A stretch of 64,000 nt of DNA from Lobosporangium transversale (taxonomy: Eukaryota). Below, piece by piece: positions 1 to 8,465 of the stretch (the first letter of the stretch is position 1; each line of letters opens with the position of its first letter). The stretch lies in NCBI RefSeq assembly GCF_002105155.1, contig NW_019028995.1:62001-126000 (forward strand), given 5' to 3'. Below the pieces are notes generated by a model that searched no databases, was not told the origin of the DNA, and saw only the letters and a list, made by a program, of their open reading frames with translations. A program made the position numbers and the translations under genes.

Positions 1-1086
1 TATGAACGAACCATGATAGCAAAGAATGACACCTCATCGTCACAGAGCCAAAGTGTCGATACAAATGACTTGAAGGGCAAGGTCATTACGCAGGATGGCG
101 TTATTATTTTTGAGAAGGTGCCCATCGTGACACCCAACAACGATGTCTTGGTGAAGGAATTGTCATTCAAGGTCACTAAAGGGACAGATGTCATTATTGC
201 CGGACCGAATGGTATTTTATTCTTGATTCAACAGTTAAGGAAACTTGGTGCAATTTGTGGAACTTTTCGTATATTGGGTGCTAACCCTCTTTTCTCCTTT
301 CTCTCTTTCTTTGAATCAAACCAGGCTGTGGAAAATCGTCGCTGTTCCGTATTTTGGGCGACCTCTGGCCATTGTTTGGTGGTACAGTAACGAAGCCCCA
401 TCCCTCCAAGTTGTTCTACGTCCCACAAAAACCTTACCTGGCGTTAGGAACCTTCCGTGACCAGGTGATTTACCCTGATACTAAGCAGCAGGCGCTTGCT
501 AAAGGATTCACGGATGCGAAGTTGTTTGAGCTTTTAAGCGTTGTTCACCTCGGATACTTGATTGATCGCGAAGGTGGATGGGACTCTGTTCAAGACTGGG
601 CTGACGTGTAAGTTTTCCCTGCTTCATTACGGAAAATCATGCTATATAGATCGAAGGCTTGAAGTATTCCAATTCATCTCCCTGTCATCCCTATTAATTA
701 TAACATTAACCCAATCAATACATAGTCTTTCCGGTGGTGAGAAGCAGCGTGTAGCAATGGCTCGACTGTTCTATCATCGTCCTCAGTTTGCTATCTTGGA
801 TGAGTGCACGTCTGCAGTCAGCATTGATGTCGAAGGAATCATGTATGAACACGCGCGACAGTCTGGCATCACTCTGTTCACGGTCTCACATCGTCCATCG
901 CTAATCCGCTACCACGAGTACCTGCTTCGGTTCGATGGGGAAGGTAACTATCAATTCCGAAAACTCGGCAAGGAAGACATCCAGCAAACCGCTTTTGGCT
1001 TTGGCCATGGGAAATCTAAAAAGATCAGGAAGCTTGGTGAGGAAGATAGGGATGGCGATGATGCTGATACAGAAAATAGTGTGTAA
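1..1086 (+). CDS. Peroxisomal ABC transporter subfamily D (PXA/PMP70-like), 3' part; gene begins upstream of the window
   Basis: Spliced exons ~1-211, 325-607 and 726-1086 give Walker [18 protein letters not shown], signature LSGGEKQR and Walker [12 protein letters not shown], typical of the ABCD nucleotide-binding domain. Introns 212-324 and 608-725 are GT-AG. Confidence 0.93.
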
Positions 1087-1162
1087 ATAGGCAATTGAAA
1101 TTATTGTGAAGTGAGGGTGGGTCATCCATCCATAAATAAAATAAAACTATCAAATACAAATA

Positions 1163-1783
1163 TTTGATAACCAGGGCCTGCAGGACCATGGGACTTATTA
1201 TCTACACTCTATGAACAAAATGCTCCAGAAACTATAGTCAATAAAAAGTTATACTACACAAACGTCGAAAGCGGCTGCATCCATGGTTTCATAAACCCTG
1301 ACCGTCGTAGTTGATACCTAAAGTCCGCCTTTCCGACCTGTTGCGCAACGCGACAAAATATCCGTCATCCATAGTTATCAAAACCTTCATTCCACCTAGC
1401 CGCTCCATCACGTCCAGTTTGGTTTTCCCAAGGTAACTGTCCCGGACTTGGTCATCCGCGATCTTGTAGATCTCTTTTACATTCAGCTTCTGTCTTTGTC
1501 TGAGGGAAGGGACAAGGAAATCATTGCTACTACGTCTGTGCTCCCCAACACAGTTGCGTCCTCTAGCGCGTTTGCTCATAGCAGTGATTCCACGAGCCTT
1601 TTCCTATTCAAAGGTGACTTTACACCGTTTGTTCCAGATTTCTGTACGGCCGAATTCTTCTATGGCCTTGACAAAGCGCCCTGCCATATATGTTGCTATC
1701 CTTGTTGTTGTCTTGAAGCCAACTTTCCAACTCTGAGCAATGGACTTGGGCGTAAGTCCATGATAAATGCCCTGCACAGACCA
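1163..1783 (-). mobile_element. 5'-truncated, degenerate copy of the same non-LTR/SINE-like retroelement family as 2165-3127
   Basis: Colinear with 2199-~2822. The shared reading frame is broken by a TGG->TAG stop (ORFs 1604-1831 and 1289-1579 versus intact 2397-2963). Only a 3-T remnant of the tail remains and no clean TSD is visible. Confidence 0.8.
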
Positions 1784-1799
1784 ACAAAACAAACGCCCA

Positions 1800-1843
1800 T
1801 TTTTTTTTTTTTCTTTTTTTTTTGATAACAAGGACCCTCAGGT
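1800..1843 (-). mobile_element. Extremely 5'-truncated insertion of the same retroelement (about 20 nt of 3' end plus poly(A)) with a 17-bp TSD
   Basis: AACAAAACAAACGCCCA occurs at 1783-1799 and 1844-1860. Between the copies lie a T-run and GATAACAAGGACCCTCAGG, which is identical to the terminus at 2199-2217. Confidence 0.85.
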
Positions 1844-2163
1844 AACAAAACAAACGCCCACTCAATTTTTTTTTTTTTTTTTTTTAAGCAAAATACACAA
1901 GCACCCTTTAGTCACGTGTTTCAATTTATTGTCTTCTTAATCTGGCTAAAGCACTCGTCACTTGTCGTAAATCTGCTATTTACGTATCCTCTTCTTCATT
2001 ATTTCCATCATCATTCAGTACTTTTATCATTATTTCCTTTATCAATCCTAGTATTTAAATCACTTTGGCTTCTTTGCAAAACAGCATCCCTCTTTTCACT
2101 TTTGATGCTATTTTGCAGGTGAGCGACTTTTATTATTATTTGTAGTTTTACTAAGTCAAGCTC

Positions 2164-2164
<1 letters not shown>

Positions 2165-2199
<35 letters not shown>

Positions 2200-3127
2200 A
2201 TAACAAGGACCCTCAGGGTCATGGGATTTATTTTCTACACTCTGTGAACAAAATGCTCCAGAAACTATAGTCAATAAACAGCTATTACTGTACAAACGAC
2301 AAGAGCCGCTGTATCCATGATTTCATAAACCTTGGCCGCCGTGGTTGGTACTCAAAGTCCACCTTTCCGACGTGGCCTGTTGCGCAACGCGACAAATTAT
2401 CCGCTATCCATAGTCATCAAAAACTTCATTCCACCTAGCCGCTCCATCACGTCCAGTTTGGCTTTCCCAAGGTAAATGTCCCGGACTCGGTCATCCGCGA
2501 TCTTGTAGATCTCTTTTACATTCAGCTTCTGTCTTTGTCTGAGGGAAGGGACAAGGAAATCATTGCTACTACGTCTGTGCTCCCCAACACAGTTGCGTCC
2601 TCTAGCGCGTTTGCTCATAGCAGTGATTCCGCGAGCCTTTTCCCATTCAACGGTGACTTTACACCGTTTGTTCCAGATTTCTGTACGACCGAATTCCTCT
2701 ATGGCCTTGACGAAGCGCCCTGCCATATATGTAGCTATCCTTGTTGTTGTCTTGAAGCCAACTTTCCAACTCTGAGCAATGGACTTGGGCGTAAGTCCAT
2801 GGTAAATGTCCTGCACAGACCACTCTGGTGTGTGCTCTCTCTCTTCCTCATCACCGTCGTTCCTATCACCATGGCGTCGTACTTCTCGCACACCATCGAT
2901 ATGCATCTCTAGAGTTTTCCAAATGTAGTCCTCCTCTGCCGCAGTAAAAGTAGCGGAGAACACTAGGCTGTCTCGGAGAGAAAGTATAAAAACTCAAGCA
3001 AATCCCTGACCTGGCACATGTTTGCTTCACTTTATGTGCCTTAACCAGGACTCGAACCCGGCCCCTGGGCTAGACAGGAGGGTGCCCTGACGAGTATACT
3101 ACTCAGCCATTGGGCTTTGCCCAAAAC
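2165..3127 (-). mobile_element. SINE-like non-autonomous retroelement: tRNA-Asp-derived head, LINE-like ORF C-terminal segment, 3' UTR and poly(A)
   Basis: Perfect 16-bp TSD TACTAAGTCAAGCTCG at 2149-2164 and 3128-3143. Poly(A) tail is the T-run 2165-2198. The tRNA-like head at 3037-3108 has B-box GGTTCGAGTCC. The 188-codon ORF 2397-2963 has an IWxxRC...WEKxxGI motif that I associate with C-termini of fungal non-LTR ORFs. No reverse transcriptase motifs are present. Confidence 0.85.
3037..3108 (-). promoter_or_regulatory. tRNA-Asp-derived internal Pol III promoter region (pseudo-tRNA head of the retroelement)
   Basis: Minus strand reads GGCTGAG-TAGTATACTCGTCAG-GGCACCCTCCTGTC-TAGCCCAGGGG-CCGGGTTCGAGTCCTGG-TTAAGGCA. 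It aligns without gaps to the tRNA-Asp at 3419-3490 (39/57 identical by hand count over the D-arm to T-arm). The T-arm still pairs; the anticodon stem does not. Confidence 0.72.
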
Positions 3128-3418
3128 TACTAAGTCAAGCTCGTTCTTATCAGTATTTATTAAAGATCCCTCTTTTCACTTTTGATGCTATTTTGCAGCA
3201 TTCTCCAGGACTATCATTGTTGATTTATGATCCTTTAGTGATCTATTTGTCAGATTATCTTCCTTTGGCACTTTGTCCATTTATGAATTTATCTTTTGGC
3301 ACTTCGTCCAATTTTTTATTATCATTTTGTTCATTTTCTGTCAATCTTTGGGATTATTGACGGATCTTTCCACGTCAGGATCATTGACAGATCTTTCCAC
3401 GTCACACTCATGTGATCG

Positions 3419-3490
3419 TCTTTGGTAGTATAGTGGTCAGTATCTCCGCCTGTCACGCGGAAGACCCGGGTTCAATTCCCGGCCAAAGAG
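3419..3490 (+). tRNA. tRNA-Asp (GUC)
   Basis: 72-nt cloverleaf: acceptor TCTTTGG/CCAAAGA, anticodon stem TCCGC/GCGGA with loop CTGTCAC, T-arm CCGGG-TTCAATT-CCCGG, followed by a T-rich tract. Confidence 0.97.
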
Positions 3491-4481
3491 TTTCTTTTAG
3501 AATCTGACACTTTTTTTGTTGATGAGAAATTGTGTTAACAACCCACCTTCAATGAAACGGAGACTAGATGCAGGAACGCTACGTAATCGAGGAGCATTTG
3601 AAACATGGGTGAAGATTTTTGCACGGGGTCTTTATTAGTTTATTGGATGAAGTTATTTGTACGGCCCCCGTGCAAATAAATTTTCTGCTCTGCCCCGTAC
3701 ACACCTTATTTACACTGCTCCGGGGTCTTTATTTCATCTACAAGCGGCAATATGTATCTACAGACTACATGATTCTAGCTTTTTATTTCGAAGGAAATAA
3801 TCAAAGATGAGTCTAGAGTAGAGAGGAGTCTGGAATTATTACTACTGGAAGTTGTAACGCCGTGGGAGCTGCGATACTCATCGCGCTCTGTTGCATATTT
3901 CACAGTATGCAATATTATAATGGCCTAGCTAGGAGTAAAAAACATTAATGCGCTAAAAAGATTAGCGGTAGAAATTAGTGACAATAATGCACCACACATG
4001 GACGCGATAAATCTTTGATATGAAGTTTTTAGAATGAACCAATGTCATCTTACAGATAGATACGTAGCTACCTGGTACAAGTTCTACCAGAAATGAATAA
4101 ATACCCATGGGTGTGGCGTGTGGACCCATATCTTATTCTCACTTACTTTTCGACTGCTTACTATCTACAAAATATATTTCACGCTCTATTCCGCTCTACA
4201 GTCACCCGAAAGAAAGTAAGGTCGTACAAATATCTTTTCCCTTGATTTTTCGTCTGTTTATACAGACTCGAACCGGAAAAATTGCTCAGTAACCAGTTGT
4301 CATCGACCGAATGTTAAAAAAAGATAGTCTTCCTGCTATTTCCTTCTGACATTCGAACGAGTACGTGAGCATGGTTCCGATACAGGTGCAGATGCAGATG
4401 CAGAGTACGTAGTTACCAGCTATATTGCTAAACCAAGGTATCAAGTAGCGATCTTGGAAGGTTATACGACCAGCCACAGCC

Positions 4482-4570
4482 TTTTTTTTACGTGGTTTCA
4501 TTAGCGAGTTATGGCCCGAGTTTTTTTTACGTAATTTCATTAGAGGGTCATGGCCCGAGTTTTTTTTTTT
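4482..4570. repeat. Two-copy imperfect tandem repeat of ~39 bp
   Basis: TTTTTTTTACGT..TTTCATTAG.G.GT.ATGGCCCGAG occurs twice in tandem, just downstream of the chitin deacetylase stop. Confidence 0.7.
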
Positions 4571-4632
4571 AACGAGTGATCAACCATCCATCTACGTGTT
4601 AATCCTCATTTTCTATTAATTAATCAATATAC

Positions 4633-6221
4633 TTAATAAAAGGCTACAAGGGTTGCAACGGTCATACTAATGCCAGCCACCAGGGCTGATGATGGGCTTG
4701 CAAAAATAGCAGCATTTGGATTTTTGTTTCCATTATTGGCGGCGGGTTCAGTGACGTTGCTGCCACCACTGCCACTGCCATTGTCATTACTATTGGTCCC
4801 ATTTGAGCCAGGAAGCAATACGAAGGAACCAACTCCTTCCTTATAGGGCTTACCATCACCCAAGCATTGAGCAATAGGCTGCATCACTAAACCTTTGGTC
4901 GAATACGCAATAGGCAAGATACCATTGACAGAGACGTCTACTTCTTGAGCAAATACTGCGAATTGTTTATTGGAGGACCAGTGAGAAGCTTGTTAGCCTC
5001 TTATAAAATAAACAAGGCCGACAGCAACAGCAACAGAGGAAAAGTATAAAGATATGAATAAACTTACAGTCGTGTTCCAAAACAATGAAACCGGTGCTCA
5101 TGGTGGGAATCTTGGTCAGCCATGCCTTAAAGGTGTCGACAACTGACTGTGAGGTAGCGGTGCCTCCAGGAATGTTCCACTATTTTTTTTATGACAGGGG
5201 AAAAGCAGGGGTAATAATCCAACAACAACAAAAAAAAAAATAGGTGTGTCCAAGTTAGATATCAAGAAATGAACTCCAAATGATCAAGAATTTAAAAATA
5301 CACCCATGTATCGGAATTTACATCATCAGTATCAAAACCCTGGGTCCAAATAGACGTCTTAAAGCCAAGCTGGGTTGCAATGCTGCGGACACGGTTGTCG
5401 ACATCACCATAAGGTGGACGCCAATAGAGTGGAGTTGCTCCGATGGTATCAAAAATGGCCTTCTCAGTCCATTTGAGTTCTGCAACGATCTGCTCATTTG
5501 TTAAACTGGTCATGGAAGGGTGAGACCAAGTATGGATAGCAATTTGATGACCTTCTTGATAGGCGCGCTTCAGAGTGTTGGGGAAGCTGATGGCGCGAGA
5601 CCCGACGATAAAGAGAGTCGCTTTTTGGTTATGGGCCAGGAGGTTGTCATACAGGCGGGGCGAGTCAGGCGAGGGGCCATCTACATGTATGTTGATATCA
5701 ATGGTTGAAAACGCGTGATGAGTATGATTATATATAATGTGTATTGTAATGGGAAGACAAGACTTTTTGTGCTGCAATGATTGCAAATAGCCACAATGTA
5801 TACACACTCATAAAATTACTTTTTCTTGCAAAATTAATAACAAAAAAAACTTACCATCGTAAGTTAGGCCCCATGTTCCAGTCTTAGGACAGCTTGTGAT
5901 ATCACCAGGGGCTTCACACTTTTGGCATGTCCACCAACATTGATCCTTTGGGATCGTAGTCAAATCTGTGGGGCAGACACCGTTCTTGGATGGCGGGAAA
6001 ACAGGGACTTTTGAGAAATCGACCAACTTGAGCCAAGCCTGAACCTGAGGGTCCTGAATGAAAGGTGTACAGTCCAAGGCTGGATATGCGTTGACGGCCA
6101 CTGGCTTGTAAGTAGTACTACATTTAGCTACAGCACGCTTTTCAAGATTGTAATGGCCATGACCTAAGGCCAAGGAGAGAGAGAGGGACAGGATGGCGAA
6201 AGTAGAAAGAACCTTGACCAT
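4633..6221 (-). CDS. Chitin deacetylase (CE4/NodB polysaccharide deacetylase), secreted, probably GPI-anchored
   Basis: Four exons (6221-5855, 5680-~5320, 5179-5068, ~4956-4633). Motifs TYDDGP, HTWSHP, WRPPYG, DTDDW and IVLEHD are present, with an N-terminal signal peptide, an S/N/G-rich linker and a hydrophobic C-terminus. Confidence 0.93.
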
Positions 6222-6701
6222 TATTAAAGGGGAGTATTAGGCGCTATTGAAGATTAATGATGTTTGAGATGGTTATTGGCCAAGGAAATGGATTAGCAAA
6301 TCTTAAGGAGGCAGGGAGAGGAAGGATAAAAGCGAGGCTTTGTGATATAATGTCGTTAATCCTATCGGTCGTATAGTTGAGCGTATGAGGGGAAAGGAGA
6401 AGAGCAAAGGAAATAAATATGGAAGAAATAAGAGGGACAAACTGCTGGGTTCTCTCTTTTTATTATGCTCGTCTTGCTCGAAACAATGGCCATTGTTAGT
6501 TGCTGTTGATGATGATAAGCAACCGTTCATGGCTAATAATGCGCCGTTTATTGGCAAGTGTTAAAAATGAATTCATCCATATGCCTTTGGTCTATAGAAA
6601 CGTTGACTTCGGGTAAACTCTTGATGGCTCTGTTGTGTAAAGTGCATTTGTATATTTTTGGAAAACATTAGGCAGCTGGACACGAGCAAGTTCACGCATG
6701 A

Positions 6702-6739
<38 letters not shown>

Positions 6740-7366
6740 CTAAGCAATATTGCAGCCCAGAAGAACGGGCATCTGAATAGATAATGCATTTAGCCACCTC
6801 AGATATAGAGCAAGGGTGTTTGGCTGGACCGTCTCGGGCTAACATAGGCTTTGATCGTTTGTAAAGTTAAAATATCTTTGATAATGTTCGGTTGCTTCTT
6901 TTTGTTAATGCATTTGTAGGTAATCAGTCGTAGAAATAGCTTGCCCTTTTAAATATTGCTCAAATTCCCAGGTGATGCTCGGTTCTTCGGGTTCTAGATT
7001 GCTTCTTGGATTCAGTTGTCCAGCAGGTATCAGATAGCATCCTCCAACACCAGTCATGAACAATGCTTCTTTGTTTCTGTCCCTTTCTCTCTACCACTAT
7101 GGAGAAACTTATGTATATTTCTTGAGGAATGCCAAATGATCTTTTTGTTGACATCGTTTTTTCGAATGCTCCAATTGTTTGCCACAGTGAGTAGTAGCTG
7201 CGCAAAATTCAATATTTTTGTTATCCGCATCACCATAAAGCTGTTAGAGCACTGTTAATTTATTTATTAATTTCTCAATTAAACTAAAGAAGTCCATTAG
7301 GGAAGAGAAAGGGGGTGGTTTATGCTTTTGAACAAAATGGAGGGTATTCTACTTTATTTTTTTTGT

Positions 7367-7777
7367 CTAAAAGCCGACAATAATGGCAGTTGCTGCTCCT
7401 GTAACCACAAGCAGAGCCGAAGCCTGCGATGTAAAGGACTGAGCGCTCGAGGGCTTTGTGCCAGTTGCAATGGGTGCACTCACAGTAGATGATCCAGCAC
7501 CACCAGTAGTGCCGATAGGAGCAGATGGGACGGGAGGAACAACGACACCACTAGTGCCAGCAGAGGGCACAGGAGGGAGTACGGGCCCGGTCGTAGGGGT
7601 TACACCACCATCGCCCTCAGAAACAGAGGAGGTGGGCTCGGGAATATCACCAGCCTCAGTTGTGGTAATAACATCAGCAGTGGTAGTGACGGCATTGGGG
7701 GGTGCAGCAGTCACTAGAGCCAAAGCTAGGACGGCAGAAGCCAAAACAAGGCAGAGAGTGGTCGACAAGGATTTCAT
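7367..7777 (-). CDS. Small secreted Thr/Ser/Pro-rich, probably GPI-anchored cell-surface protein (136 aa)
   Basis: Signal peptide MKSLSTTLCLVLASAVLALALVTA, T/S/P/G-rich body and hydrophobic C-terminus. A TATA-like element lies ~130 nt upstream on the minus strand. Confidence 0.8.
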   Translation of the reverse strand: MKSLSTTLCLVLASAVLALALVTAAPPNAVTTTADVITTTEAGDIPEPTSSVSEGDGGVTPTTGPVLPPVPSAGTSGVVVPPVPSAPIGTTGGAGSSTVSAPIATGTKPSSAQSFTSQASALLVVTGAATAIIVGF

Positions 7778-8465
7778 GTTGCTAGTTATGAATTTTTCGT
7801 CGCGTTATAGATTTTAGGTGTTGAATGTATAAGTGTTTGGAGAGTATAATGTTGTGAATGCTGTATGATCTGAAAAATAAAAAAAAAGTGGAGGGAGTTC
7901 TGACTTTTTATATGTGCTTGTCATTTGGGGCAAAGAAAGGCATCATTTCATCGTGCTATCGAGCACAAGAACTAGATTATGGTTGTTTCTAGGGTCCCAG
8001 GTGTAAGCAATTCACGCTAGGACGAGTTCCTACAGATACTCCAAAAAAATACGGTCTAGTAGAATAGCATATACAGAGCAACGGAACAGACGCTACAGAA
8101 CGATGGATGCAGCAGGGGGTATGTACTTGGTGTAATTTCGGACATGCGCTAAGAAATATTGCATCCAAGGAAGTATTTAAACTAGTGTGTTCTGATGTCC
8201 CTTTATTCCTTCCCTTCTTATGCGTCGTACGTGTACGTGAAATAATGACAGGGAATTTCATGAGTTTTAGTCTATCAAAGGCCCAGATTACACGTAGACT
8301 AGATCAGTAGACTAATGAAAAATAACGCGCCTCAGGGCAAAAAAAGCATTGGATCCATATTTTTCTAAAAATAAAAACAATCATATGAATAAATACATAT
8401 GACAAGGCATCCTAATGCGTTTAATTCAAGGCTGTATAGACCATTAGACCATTATTGTGATTAAA

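Noticed and set aside
3037..3108. Second functional tRNA-Asp on the minus strand
   Set aside because: The anticodon stem does not pair, the acceptor stem has mismatches, and it lies inside a TSD-bounded element, so it is treated as a SINE head.
3080..3127. Hammerhead-like CTGACGAG core or HDV-like ribozyme at the element end
   Set aside because: No GAAA follows stem II and I could not build a nested double pseudoknot by eye.
3618..3676. 11-bp inverted repeat TTTGCACGGGG/CCCCGTGCAAA as a MITE
   Set aside because: Very short, with no TSD and no second copy in the window.
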